A stretch of DNA of 62,723 nucleotides, filler included, from Deltaproteobacteria bacterium (GTDB lineage Bacteria; JAUYMQ01), in assembly GCA_030698575.1 (NCBI GenBank). It is 15 parts of 15 records of this genome, joined end to end, with 100 filler letters (N's around TTAATTAATTAA, not from the genome) between each part and the next. Parts side by side here need not be neighbours in the genome. Positions count along the whole stretch, not along the records: positions 34,180 to 44,088 come from JAUYMQ010000434.1; positions 44,189 to 48,492 come from JAUYMQ010000436.1; 13 more parts are not named here. The stretch is one strand, 5' to 3'. The notes below the pieces were generated by a model that saw only the letters and a program-made list of their open reading frames with translations, was not told where the DNA came from and searched no databases. Position 1 is the stretch's first letter. The number at the start of each line of letters is the position of its first letter. The translations under genes were made by a program, and so were the position numbers. This document shows, one piece after another, positions 38,533 to 48,592 of this stretch.

Positions 38533-41500
38533 GTGATGGCGGGGACACCATCAAGGGCGGTTGGTTCCATCGCGGCAGCGATCGGGTTCTTCCTGATCCT
38601 GGCGCATGGGCTATTTGGCGTTGCTCCGGCCCATGCGGTCGAGGGCGCGAGCGCACCGACGCGTGAGACGCGGGTCGTACTCGCGATCTTGCCCTTCGAG
38701 GTGAGCGAGCCCGAGCGCATGACCTACCTGCAGGAGGCCGCCATGGACCTCCTGAGTTCCCGCCTCGAGCAGCACGGCGGCATCCAGGTCATCCAGAAGT
38801 TTCTTGTGCTCGAGGCCGTGGGCGACGCCGCCGGCAAGGCCCTCGCCGAGCAGCGGGTCCAGGGGGTGGGGCAGCAGCTCCAGGCCGACTACGTCGTGCT
38901 GGGGAGCATCACGAAGGCGGGGAGCAGCTACTCGCTCGATGTGAAGGTCTGGAGCGTCGCCACAGCCTCCACCGCCGGCCGGGTCTACTCACTCGCCCGC
39001 GGAGACGACGCCATCGTCCCGCGAATCCAGGAGGTAGCCGACAAGGTCGCGTCCATCGTGGCGGCGCCTCCGCCATCCGCGCCGGAGCCCGGTAAGGAGA
39101 CCCTCAGCTTCATCTCCGAGATTCAGATCCAGGGGGCCGATGAAGGGGAGGAAGACGAGATTCTGCTCTCTCTCGAGAGCCACGTCGGGTCCACGTTCTC
39201 CGAGCCTTCGCTCGGGGAGGACATCCGGCGCCTCCTGACCAGGCGCAACGTCCGCGACGTCGAGGTGCGGGTCACGGACACGCCGGAGGGGCGCGTGCTC
39301 ACCTACCGCATCACGACGGGCAAGGGGCCCAAGGCCTCGGTGAGCGTTCCCCAGGCCGAGCGTGTCGCCGAGGTCCGCATCACGGGCAACTCGCGTATCG
39401 AGGAGGAGACGATCCGCTCCCGAATCGTGATGCAACCCGGCGATCCCTACACGCGAGAGGGGCTCCAGGATGATGTCCGCAACGTTCACCGGCTGGGTTA
39501 CTTCCGGGACGTCCAGGTTGACGTTCGCGGGTCCGAGCAGGGTAAGACCATCACCTTCATCGTATCCGAGAATCCGATCATCCGTTCGATCAACTACGCC
39601 GGGAACCGCCATACCAAGAAGGACAAGCTCGACGAGGTTCTGACGATCAAGCCGAACGAGACGCTCGACTTCAAGAAGCTCTACGAGAATCAGCAGCGGC
39701 TCCAGTCCTACTACTCCCAGAGCGGCTACTACCTGGCCAGCGTGAAGTACAGCCTCCTCCAGGTCGACGAAAACAGCGTGGCGGTGACCTTCGACGTGGA
39801 GGAAGGGAACAAGCTCAAGCTGAAGTCGGTCGAATTCGTCGGGAACGAGAAGTTCAGCGATCGGCAGCTCAAGGGCGTGATGAAGACCAAGACCTGGGAC
39901 TTCATCTCGCCCATCATGAGCAAGATTAACAATCGCGGAATCTACCGCGAGCCGATCTTCTACGAGGATATCCAGAAGGTGCAGGAATACTATCTCGATC
40001 ACGGCTACCTGCGTGCCCAGGTTGGAGAGCCCGACGTGACGCACGACCAGAAGTGGCTCTTCGTGAAAGTCGATATCACCGAGGGGGATCCCTACAAGGT
40101 CGTCCAGGTCGACGTCGAGGGGGACGAGTTTCTCGACAAGGGCGCCGTGCGCAACGACTTCCAGATCAAGACGGGTGAGACCTTCAATCGGCAGCTCATG
40201 ACCAACGACATCGACAGGCTGACCGAGCGATACTCGAACCGGGGTTTCTTCTACGCCAATGTGACGCCGCTTACTGAAGTCGACGACGAGAAACAGTCGG
40301 TCGAGATCACCTACGACGTCGAGAAGGGCAACATCGTTTACTTCGAGGACATCGACATCGTCGGCAACACCAAGACGCGCGACCCAGTCATCCGGCGGCA
40401 GGTGGCCGTGAGCGAGGGCGAGCTCTACAACGCCTCGGCCGTGGAGTACTCCAAGAACCGCGTGAAGGCCACGGGCTTCTTCGAAGACGTGACCGTCAAC
40501 ACGCGGGTGGGGTCCACGCAGAACCAGCTCGATCTCACCGTCGGGGTCAAGGAGCGCCCGACGGGCTCCTTCAGCTTCGGCGCAGGCTTCAGTTCGGTCG
40601 ACGAGTTCATTTTTGCCGCCCAGATCCAGCAGCAGAACCTCTTCGGCCGCGGCCAGCAGCTCGGGCTCTCGGGGGACTTCGGCGGACGCCGGACCGACGT
40701 CACGGCCCGCTGGTCCGACCCGTACCTGTTCGGCTCGAACTGGGGCGGGAACGTGAGCGCCTTCGCTGATCGCCGCGACTTCAACGATTTCGAGCGCCGC
40801 GCGGCGGGCGCCAGCGCGAACATCGGCTATCCGATCTTCGACAACACGCGGGTCTTTGTCGGCTACAGCTACCAGAATCTCGAGGTGGATCAGGTCGGGT
40901 TCGACTCCACGGCGCTGCTCATCCGGGAAGATCTGAGGGGCGGCGCCACGACCGGCGCCTTCACTCCCTCGATTATCCGCGACACGCGAAACGACCGGCT
41001 CGAGCCGACGGCGGGCTCGCTCTACAGCCTGGGGTTCGAAGTGGCGGGGGGTGGACTCAGCGACAACGAATTCACAAAGGTCGAGGCGCGCGCGACCTGG
41101 TGGTGGCCCTTCAAGCTCTTTCCCTGGGATTCCGTGGTCGCGCTGAACGTCCGCGCCGGTGGGGCCGACCCGAAGAACACGCTCGACGACTACGGTATCG
41201 TCGAGCCGGTTACGAACCTCGGGACGGTCGGCGCCGACGGCTTCGAACCTCCCATTTGCTGCTCCGGCGGGCGCGAGGCGGTGGCGGTTCCCGGGAACGT
41301 GAAGATGGCCGTGGGGGACTCGTCCCACCCGGACACGACATTTCCCCTCTCGGTTCTCGACAGCGACCAACTGCTGCCGATCACCGAGCGGTTCTTCCTC
41401 GGCGGCCTGAATTCCGTCCGCGGGTTCGAGGCGCGCTCCCTCGGGCCGCGCCGGGCCATCATGCAGCGCGTGGAGCTGGAGGACGTGGAGGGCGGCATCG

Positions 41501-41871
41501 GCGCGGGGGCCGGAAGCCCTATTCCCAACGGTACCATTCAGTATATTGCGTTCGACTCCAACGGAAACGGCATCGTCGATTTCGAGGAGTCGGAGGTCAT
41601 CGGCGGCAACAAGTACGCGGTCATCAATTTCGAGTACCAGTTCCCCATCAGTCGGAAGGCGGGCCTGGGCGGGCTCTTTTTCATCGACAGCGGCCAGGCC
41701 TTCGCCGAGGGCGACTCCATCAACCCGAGCGATTTCCGGACCGGCGCGGGCGTGGGGGTGCGCTGGCGCTCCCCCTTCGGTCCGTTAAGATTCGAGTGGG
41801 GAGTCCCGCTGGACAAGGAAGAGGGAGAGGATAGTTCCGTTTTCGAGTTCAGCGTGGGCAGCCCCTTCTAG
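38533..41871 (+). CDS. bamA: Outer membrane assembly factor BamA (extended)
   Basis: POTRA repeats, KERPTGS, NLFGRGQ, ERFFLGG..VRGF, WRSPFGPL, C-terminal Phe. Confidence 0.96.
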   Translation: MMAGTPSRAVGSIAAAIGFFLILAHGLFGVAPAHAVEGASAPTRETRVVLAILPFEVSEPERMTYLQEAAMDLLSSRLEQHGGIQVIQKFLVLEAVGDAAGKALAEQRVQGVGQQLQADYVVLGSITKAGSSYSLDVKVWSVATASTAGRVYSLARGDDAIVPRIQEVADKVASIVAAPPPSAPEPGKETLSFISEIQIQGADEGEEDEILLSLESHVGSTFSEPSLGEDIRRLLTRRNVRDVEVRVTDTPEGRVLTYRITTGKGPKASVSVPQAERVAEVRITGNSRIEEETIRSRIVMQPGDPYTREGLQDDVRNVHRLGYFRDVQVDVRGSEQGKTITFIVSENPIIRSINYAGNRHTKKDKLDEVLTIKPNETLDFKKLYENQQRLQSYYSQSGYYLASVKYSLLQVDENSVAVTFDVEEGNKLKLKSVEFVGNEKFSDRQLKGVMKTKTWDFISPIMSKINNRGIYREPIFYEDIQKVQEYYLDHGYLRAQVGEPDVTHDQKWLFVKVDITEGDPYKVVQVDVEGDEFLDKGAVRNDFQIKTGETFNRQLMTNDIDRLTERYSNRGFFYANVTPLTEVDDEKQSVEITYDVEKGNIVYFEDIDIVGNTKTRDPVIRRQVAVSEGELYNASAVEYSKNRVKATGFFEDVTVNTRVGSTQNQLDLTVGVKERPTGSFSFGAGFSSVDEFIFAAQIQQQNLFGRGQQLGLSGDFGGRRTDVTARWSDPYLFGSNWGGNVSAFADRRDFNDFERRAAGASANIGYPIFDNTRVFVGYSYQNLEVDQVGFDSTALLIREDLRGGATTGAFTPSIIRDTRNDRLEPTAGSLYSLGFEVAGGGLSDNEFTKVEARATWWWPFKLFPWDSVVALNVRAGGADPKNTLDDYGIVEPVTNLGTVGADGFEPPICCSGGREAVAVPGNVKMAVGDSSHPDTTFPLSVLDSDQLLPITERFFLGGLNSVRGFEARSLGPRRAIMQRVELEDVEGGIGAGAGSPIPNGTIQYIAFDSNGNGIVDFEESEVIGGNKYAVINFEYQFPISRKAGLGGLFFIDSGQAFAEGDSINPSDFRTGAGVGVRWRSPFGPLRFEWGVPLDKEEGEDSSVFEFSVGSPF

Positions 41872-41937
41872 AAGGACTAAACCCCAACCCAATCCGTTTA
41901 TAGAGAGCCGTCCCCGGGACGGCAGGGAGCCTGAAGC

Positions 41938-42483
41938 ATGCTCGGCAGACACCTGACCTATTCGCTTGCAGTCGCATTGCTCATTGGGGCGTTCGCCGTG
42001 CCGGCGATGGCGGAAGACCTGAAGGTCGCCTATGTGGACATGGAGCGCGCGTTCACCGAGTGCGAAGCCGGAAAGACCGCGAAAGGCGTGTTCACGCGGA
42101 AGCTCGAGAGCCTCACCCGCCGCATCGAGGGCGAGGAAGGCCAGCTGACCCGGATGCGCGATGATCTGGAGAAGTCCGCCTCCACGCTGAGCGGGGACGC
42201 CCGCAGCGAAAAGGAAATTAGCTACCGGGACAAGTACCGCAACTATCAGCGGCTCGTGAAGGACTCCCAGGACGATCTCAGGCGGGAGGACTCAGAGCTG
42301 ACGAACAAGATCGTGGGGACGTTGCTCCAGGTAGTCGAGAAGGTGGGGAAGGGTGGGGGCTACACGCTCGTTCTCGAGAAGAAGTCGGTTCTCTACGCGG
42401 CGCAGTCGATCGATATCACCGACCAGGTGATCCAGGAGATGAACACGCGACCCAATCCTGTAACCGTGACGGAAAAGAACTAG
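41938..42483 (+). CDS. skp: Periplasmic chaperone Skp/OmpH
   Basis: Signal peptide, KVAYVD, coiled coil, DITDQVI; follows bamA. Confidence 0.9.
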   Translation: MLGRHLTYSLAVALLIGAFAVPAMAEDLKVAYVDMERAFTECEAGKTAKGVFTRKLESLTRRIEGEEGQLTRMRDDLEKSASTLSGDARSEKEISYRDKYRNYQRLVKDSQDDLRREDSELTNKIVGTLLQVVEKVGKGGGYTLVLEKKSVLYAAQSIDITDQVIQEMNTRPNPVTVTEKN

Positions 42484-42490
42484 GAGAGCC

Positions 42491-42988
42491 ATGTCGATCC
42501 CCCCGTCCCTGGATCAGGAACGGATCTGCGAGCTGCTGCCGCACCGCCCACCCGCGCTCATGATCGAGATGGTGACGGACGTGAAGCCGGGCGAGTACGC
42601 GGTCGGCATCAAGACGGTCCGGCCGGGAGATTCGTTCCTTCAGGGGCACTTCCCGGACCAGCCTGTCATGCCGGGCGTCGCGATCATCGAGTGCATGGCG
42701 CAGACGGCGGCTGTGCTCAGCCACCTGACTGCGCCCGAGGCGCTGAGCACCGGTGCTGTGGTTCTCCTGGGGATCGATCGGGCGCGTTTTCGGCGGCCGG
42801 TGGTTCCCGGCGACACGCTGCGGATTGAGGTCCGGATAGTCCAGCGCCGCGACCCGATCTGGAAGTTCCATGGCCTGGCCCTGGTGGGAAATGAAAAAGC
42901 GGCGGAGGCGATGATTACCGCGGGCCTGACGACCCGGGGTGAGTGGACCTTCAGCCCCACCCGCTCGAAACCGGAGGGGAAGAGATGA
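42491..42988 (+). CDS. fabZ: 3-hydroxyacyl-ACP dehydratase
   Basis: LPHR, GHFPDQPVMPGV..E.MAQ, RFRRPVVPGD. Confidence 0.93.
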   Translation: MSIPPSLDQERICELLPHRPPALMIEMVTDVKPGEYAVGIKTVRPGDSFLQGHFPDQPVMPGVAIIECMAQTAAVLSHLTAPEALSTGAVVLLGIDRARFRRPVVPGDTLRIEVRIVQRRDPIWKFHGLALVGNEKAAEAMITAGLTTRGEWTFSPTRSKPEGKR

Positions 42989-43764
42989 CCGAGATCCATT
43001 CCACGGCCATCATCCATCCGAAAGCCCAGCTGGGCGAGAACGTGCAGATAGGCCCCTATTCCACGGTCGGGCCCAACGTGAAGATCGGCGACGCCGCCGT
43101 GATCCACAGCCACGTCGTGGTGGAGGGCTGGACGGAGATCGGCGCGAGCGTCCAGATTTTTCCCTTCGCCTCGGTCGGGCCGGCGCCCCAGGATCTCAAG
43201 TACCAGGGTGAGAAGACGGTCCTCCGCATCGGCGACGGCACCGTGATCCGCGAGTCGGCGACCCTACATCCTGGCACGACCGGGGGCGGCAGCATCACGG
43301 TGGTGGGTTCGAACTGCCTGATCATGGTTGGCGTTCACATCGCCCACGACTGCATCCTCGGCAACAACATCATCATGGCCAACGGCACTCACCTGGGGGG
43401 CCATGTCACGATCGACGACGGAGCGATCCTCGGTGCGCTTTGCGGAATCCATCAGTTCGTGCGGATCGGCGCGCTTGCCATGACAGGCGCCGGCTCGATG
43501 CTGGCGCAGGACCTCGCGCCCTACTGCATGGCCCAGGGCGATCACGCCTCGCTGGTGGGACTCAACCTTATCGGCCTCCGGCGCAACGGCATGACCACGA
43601 AACAGATCTCGAACATCAAGAAGGCCTACCATATCCTCTTCCGCAGCAAGCAACTTTTCAAGGACAGGCTCGCCCAGCTCGAGCGCGAGCTGTCGGGCGC
43701 TTCCGAGATCGACCGCATGATCAAGTTCGCGCGCGGCGACTCGAAACGCGGTCTGCTGAATTGA
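42985..43764 (+). CDS. lpxA: UDP-GlcNAc O-acyltransferase
   Basis: Hexapeptide repeats, PQDLKY, HIAHDC, HQFVRIG, GLNLIGLRR; ATGA overlap with fabZ. Confidence 0.96.
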   Translation: MTEIHSTAIIHPKAQLGENVQIGPYSTVGPNVKIGDAAVIHSHVVVEGWTEIGASVQIFPFASVGPAPQDLKYQGEKTVLRIGDGTVIRESATLHPGTTGGGSITVVGSNCLIMVGVHIAHDCILGNNIIMANGTHLGGHVTIDDGAILGALCGIHQFVRIGALAMTGAGSMLAQDLAPYCMAQGDHASLVGLNLIGLRRNGMTTKQISNIKKAYHILFRSKQLFKDRLAQLERELSGASEIDRMIKFARGDSKRGLLN

Positions 43765-44088
43765 CCTCAGACGTCCCGAAAACCGTGGGCCTCATCGCGG
43801 GTAACGGGCGGCTCCCCTTCGCATTCGCAGAAGCCGCGCGCGCGCGCGGTGTTTCCGTGGCGGCTGTCGCCATCCGGCAGGAGACCGATCCGGCGCTCGA
43901 GGGGCAGGTCGATCGCGCCGGATGGTTCCACGTCGGCGAACTCAGCGGCATGATCGCTTTCCTGAAAGCCGCGGGCTGCAACGACGTCGTCATGGCGGGG
44001 CAGATCCAGATTCGCCACGTGTTCGAGGATTGGGAAAAACTTGCGGTCGATCCCCTGGCGCTCGACCTCCTTACGCGCATGGGCGATC
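43761..44088 (+). CDS. lpxI: UDP-2,3-diacylglucosamine pyrophosphatase LpxI, 3' truncated
   Basis: GLIAGNGRLP, VVMAGQI; TTGA overlap with lpxA. Confidence 0.88.
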
Positions 44089-44188
44089 NNNNNNNNNNNN
44101 NNNNNNNNNNNNNNNNNNNNNNNNNNNNNNNNTTAATTAATTAANNNNNNNNNNNNNNNNNNNNNNNNNNNNNNNNNNNNNNNNNNNN

Positions 44189-45621
44189 GGTGCGTCAACA
44201 CGAACAACACGGCGTCCTGCAACGACAGCAATGCGTGCACCACGAGCGACACTTGCAGTGGCGGTGCGTGCGTCGGCGGCTCCCCGCCGAACTGCGACGA
44301 CTCGAACCTCTGCACGAACGACAGCTGCAACCCGGGCTCGGGGTGCGTCAACACGAACAACACGGCGTCCTGCAACGACAGCGATGCGTGCACCACGAGC
44401 GACACATGCAGTGGCGGTGCGTGCGTCGGCGGCTCCCCGCTGAACTGCGACGACTCGAACGTCTGCACAAACGACAGCTGCAACCCGGGCACCGGGTGCG
44501 TCAACACGAACAACACGGCCTCCTGCGAGGACGGATTGTTCTGCAACGGCGCGGAGACCTGCGACGGTGCGGGAGCCTGTGTTGCAGGCCCGGCGGAGAC
44601 CTGCGCCGACGCCGACATCTGCACGGACGACTCCTGCAACGTGGGCACGGATCAGTGCGCCAACATCTTCGACGAAGGGAACGATCCGACCTGCGTCATC
44701 CCGGTCTGCGGGAACAATGCAGTCGAGTCGGGCGAGCAGTGCGACGACAACAACACCGTCAACGGTGACTGCTGCTCGTCGACCTGTCAGTTCGAGGGGT
44801 CCGGATCGTCCTGCGCCGACGGCATGTTCTGCAACGGCGCGGAGACCTGCGACGGTGCGGGGACCTGCGACGCGGGCACGTCGATCGACTGCGACGACGC
44901 CGACCTTTGCACGGATGATTCGTGCAACGAGGCGTCGGATCAGTGCAACAACATCTTCGACGTGACCAACGATCCGATCTGCCTGGAGCGGGAGGTGACC
45001 ATCGAGGGGATTCTCGCCTTCTTCGATGACGCCTGCGATCAAGGGACGCTTGTCGGACGCGGCCCCGGCAAGTCTGCGGACGGACGGAAGAACGCGTTGC
45101 GGAAAATGCTCGAGACGGCCGAGACTCTGATCAACAACGAGTCGCCCAACGATGCGTGTCATCAGCTCCTCTCCGCTCTGCACAGGACCGATGGGGGTCG
45201 CGATCCGAAGAAGGACTTCGTGGAGGGCGAGGCGGCTCCGACTCTTGCGGACATGATCTTCGACCTGTGGCTGAGCATGGACTGCAACGAGAAGAAGCTC
45301 AGTCTTTCCCTCGGCGTGACCAAGAGGATAAAACTGGAGAAGGTCAAGCCGGTGGACGTCAGCGTAAAGGTCAAGAACTCGGCTGACATCGCCTGTTCGA
45401 TGGACGTGAATGTGGTCGGAGTCCAGAACTGGACCGAGGTTTATAACGAGACCAGGCTGTTCGACGATCCCATGGGGAATGCGAACATGAAGATGGATTT
45501 CCCGAGCTACACGCCCGTCGTGCCCGGCGACATCCTGTGGTCTGCAACCACGGGTGACGGCGACGGCGACGATCAGGAGGAAACGGCACTGACCGAAGTC
45601 ATGAACGGTAACGGGACCTGA
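44189..45621 (+). CDS. Cys/Asp-rich repeat surface protein (myxobacterial/Dictyostelium-type repeats), 5' truncated
   Basis: 153-nt tandem units starting at 44191, 44344 and 44497 (CNDSNACTTSDTC..CDDSNLCTNDSC); CGNNAVESGEQCDDNNTVNGDCCSSTC. Confidence 0.88.
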
Positions 45622-45661
45622 TAGAAGGGTAAGGACGACCAAACGAAGAAGGCGTGTAAGC

Positions 45662-45700
45662 AACAGCGTCTCCGCCTCATGAGCGGGGGCGCTGTTTTTT
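45662..45700 (+). terminator. Intrinsic terminator
   Basis: AACAGCGTCTCCGC/GCGGGGGCGCTGTT stem followed by a T run. Confidence 0.75.
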
Positions 45701-45750
45701 CTGTGCCCGGCACACAAGCTTCGCCGGGGTGACGGCCGCGTGGCCGGCGC

Positions 45751-47004
45751 TCAGGAGCCGAAGTAGGCTTCGAAGAAGTGGCGTGCGACCTGATTGCCCT
45801 TGAAGCTGTAGCCGCTGCGCGGGATGACCAGTGCGGAAACCGCGATGGTGGGGTTATCAACGGGCGCGGATCCGATAAACCAGTAGTTGAGCCCCGGCGG
45901 GTTCTTGCCGGAGAGCGACCCGGTCTTGCCGGCCACGTCGAGATCGGGATGCGAGGCGGTGAAGGTCGAGAAGGCGCGGCGGCTGGTTCCCTCGAGCACC
46001 GTGTTGACCATCATGCGATTGATCTCCTGCGCGACTTCGGGCCGCAGCGGCCGCGCGATGACGCGCCGCTCGGGCATGTAAAGGACGCGCCCCTCGGAGT
46101 CCTCGATCTTCTCGACGATCCTCGGCTCCATCATGCGCCCGTTGTTGGCGATCGTGGCCGCCACGAGCGCCGCGTGAAGCGGCGAGAAGTACACATCGCC
46201 GAAGCCGGCGCCCGTACGGGCAAGCTCGTAGCGATCGCGTGGGATGCTGGCCTTGCTCATCTCGACAGGCAGATCGAACTCAAAGGGGTAGTTGAAGGCG
46301 AAGGCGTCGGCGTAGGCCTGGAGCGTGTCGGTGCCGACGAAGCGGGTGGCCACCTTGCCGAAGCAGTGGTTGCACGACATGCCCAGCGCCTTAGCGACCG
46401 TGAGGTGATTCCGGTCGCTGCGCGAATTGTCGTTGAGAACGCTCCTGTTCATGCTCCAGTAGCCGCCCCGGAAGCGCAGGACCGTGTCGGGCGTGATCTT
46501 GTTCTCCTGCAGCGCGGCGGCGACGGTCACGAGCTTGAAAATCGACGCCGCCGGGAAGGTTCCCCGGAGCGCCGCGGGCGTCACCGTGCCCTCCTGCCCC
46601 CGCGAGTAGCTCACGAGCGCCAGCACCCGGCCCGTCGCCGGCTCGACCGCCACGAAGGCGGCGTGCTGAATGGAACGGTTGTTCCGGAGGTAGCGCTCCA
46701 TGGTGCGCTGGAGCTGCTTGTCGAGGGTGTAGGTGATCTTGACGTCGTTCTTCAGGAGCGCGACGAACTTGTCGCCCTCGACAGCGCTGACCGGCGTCGG
46801 CCCGTTGCGCTCGAGGAAGGTGCGGACGTCGGCCTTGTCGATGGTGTTGAAGGAGACGCGGGTAGCGGGCGGGAGGCCGCGGCGCGAAAGCTCGGATTGC
46901 CCGAGCGCCGCCGCGGTGAACGCCGCCCCTGTCAGGAACGCCCCGATCGTTGCAAGCGCCAGGAAGATCGAACGCCGATGTGTCGTGCGGCGAGCTGGGA
47001 ACAA
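45751..47004 (-). CDS. Monofunctional penicillin-binding transpeptidase
   Basis: SIFK (SxxK), SCN (SxN), KTG; N-terminal TM; start (TTG at 47004 with GAGGT RBS) uncertain. Confidence 0.88.
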   Translation of the reverse strand: MFPARRTTHRRSIFLALATIGAFLTGAAFTAAALGQSELSRRGLPPATRVSFNTIDKADVRTFLERNGPTPVSAVEGDKFVALLKNDVKITYTLDKQLQRTMERYLRNNRSIQHAAFVAVEPATGRVLALVSYSRGQEGTVTPAALRGTFPAASIFKLVTVAAALQENKITPDTVLRFRGGYWSMNRSVLNDNSRSDRNHLTVAKALGMSCNHCFGKVATRFVGTDTLQAYADAFAFNYPFEFDLPVEMSKASIPRDRYELARTGAGFGDVYFSPLHAALVAATIANNGRMMEPRIVEKIEDSEGRVLYMPERRVIARPLRPEVAQEINRMMVNTVLEGTSRRAFSTFTASHPDLDVAGKTGSLSGKNPPGLNYWFIGSAPVDNPTIAVSALVIPRSGYSFKGNQVARHFFEAYFGS

Positions 47005-47220
47005 AGGTGAGATACCTCGGGTAAGCTCGGCGCGGCCGGCCTTGCCAGGGGGGCGGCAAGGTTCGGGCGGGGGGGTCCGGGAGCGCCGGGACGGTTGCGC
47101 CGGCTCGATGGGGCCGGCGCTTGTGGTCGGGCTAGAAGCCTGAAATTTCAAGCTATTTTCACTCTTTCTATCCCACCTGAGGGGTCCTGTCAAGCGCCGG
47201 GTGCCCCCCGAGGCGCGCAG

Positions 47221-47249
47221 TTGACTCCCCCCGGCGCCTGGGCTAGCTT
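47221..47249 (+). promoter_or_regulatory. Sigma70-type promoter for the panBC leader
   Basis: TTGACT-N17-TAGCTT. Confidence 0.65.
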
Positions 47250-47309
47250 CGATCAGCGTTGCCACAAGGGGCGCGCCCCGCAGCATTCGTGCTACGGGCG
47301 CACCCACCG

Positions 47310-47419
47310 CTTGGATCCAGTTCCTGGACTGAGACGGAAGGCGGGCACTGCCACGGTTCCACGGTTCGCGGCCACCGCATGGCGCGGGGACGACGAACGC
47401 TCGGGACGGCGGCGTCATC
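47310..47419 (+). ncRNA. Candidate cis-regulatory leader RNA (pan motif-like)
   Basis: Structured 5' UTR upstream of panB and of a terminator; resemblance to the pan RNA motif is recalled, not computed. Confidence 0.5.
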
Positions 47420-47461
47420 GGGCCTTTCGGACAATACGTCCGGAAGGCCCTTTTTGTTTTT
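47420..47461 (+). terminator. Attenuator-type intrinsic terminator in the panB leader
   Basis: 13-bp stem GGGCCTTTCGGAC/GTCCGGAAGGCCC followed by TTTTTGTTTTT, about 40 nt before the ATG. Confidence 0.85.
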
Positions 47462-47502
47462 CGGCCGTTCGGTGCCGTGGCTTGAACAATAGGGAGCCAG
47501 CT

Positions 47503-48306
47503 ATGAGCCGGAACAAGGTCACGGTCCCCACGCTCCAGCGCATGAAGCGCGAGGGGCGCAAGATCACGATGCTCACCTGCTACGACGCGACATTCATGCG
47601 CATCCTCGACGATGCAGGCGTGGACGTGGTGCTGGTGGGCGACAGCCTCGGCATGGTCATACAGGGTGGTACGAGCACCACGCCCGTGACAATGGAAGAG
47701 ATGATCTATCACGCCCGCATCGTCTCGCGGGGCGTGACCCACGCCCATCTGCTCGTCGACATGCCCTTCATGTCCTACCAGGCCTCGGTCGAAGACGCCG
47801 TCCGCAACGCCGGGCGGCTCGTCAAGGAAGGCGGCGCCGAGAGCGTCAAGCTCGAGGGCGGCCGCGAGCGCGCCGACGCCGTGCGGGCCATCGACCAGGC
47901 CGGTATTCCCGTCATGGCGCACATCGGCCTGACCCCCCAGTCGGTTCACAAGATCGGCGGCTTCAAGGTGCAGGGGAAGGATCAGGCGCAGGCGATGCGG
48001 CTTCTCGAGGACGCCAAGATTCTCGAAGAGGCCGGCGCCTACGCGCTCCTTATGGAGTGTGTCCCCGCCCCGCTCGCCGAGGAGATCACCCGCGCGGTCT
48101 CGATACCCACCATCGGCATCGGCGCCGGGCCGGGGACCGACGGGCAGGTGCTCGTCATCTACGACATGCTCGGGATGAACAACAGCTTCAATCCGCGCTT
48201 CGCGAAGCGGTACGCCGATCTCCACAGCGTGATCACCGGCGCCGTGCAGGCGTACATCGAGGAGGTGCGCTCGGGCGTGTTCCCTTCGAAGGAGAATTCC
48301 TATTAA
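47503..48306 (+). CDS. panB: 3-methyl-2-oxobutanoate hydroxymethyltransferase
   Basis: [43 protein letters not shown]. Confidence 0.98.
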   Translation: MSRNKVTVPTLQRMKREGRKITMLTCYDATFMRILDDAGVDVVLVGDSLGMVIQGGTSTTPVTMEEMIYHARIVSRGVTHAHLLVDMPFMSYQASVEDAVRNAGRLVKEGGAESVKLEGGRERADAVRAIDQAGIPVMAHIGLTPQSVHKIGGFKVQGKDQAQAMRLLEDAKILEEAGAYALLMECVPAPLAEEITRAVSIPTIGIGAGPGTDGQVLVIYDMLGMNNSFNPRFAKRYADLHSVITGAVQAYIEEVRSGVFPSKENSY

Positions 48307-48325
48307 GACCGGAGCCGCCCGCCGG

Positions 48326-48492
48326 GTGCGCACCCGGTCGAGGATAGCCGCCCTCAGGGAGTCGAAGGGCCTCTTCGAAGTCGGGAGTGTCGGCGAGATG
48401 CAGGCGCTGGCCGATGCCTGGCGGCGCGAGGGGCAGCGGATCGCCTTCGTGCCGACCATGGGCTTTCTGCACGAGGGGCACCGGCGCCTGCT
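48326..48492 (+). CDS. panC: Pantoate--beta-alanine ligase, 3' truncated
   Basis: [14 protein letters not shown]; follows panB; start uncertain. Confidence 0.92.
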
Positions 48493-48592
48493 NNNNNNNN
48501 NNNNNNNNNNNNNNNNNNNNNNNNNNNNNNNNNNNNTTAATTAATTAANNNNNNNNNNNNNNNNNNNNNNNNNNNNNNNNNNNNNNNNNNNN

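Noticed and set aside
44189..44530. Tandem repeats as a CRISPR array
   Set aside because: The 153-nt period is an in-frame coding repeat with no unique spacers, and no cas genes are present
45751..48459. 902-aa PBP fusion ORF
   Set aside because: The N-terminal half is antisense to panB/panC and its leader; the real gene starts near 47004
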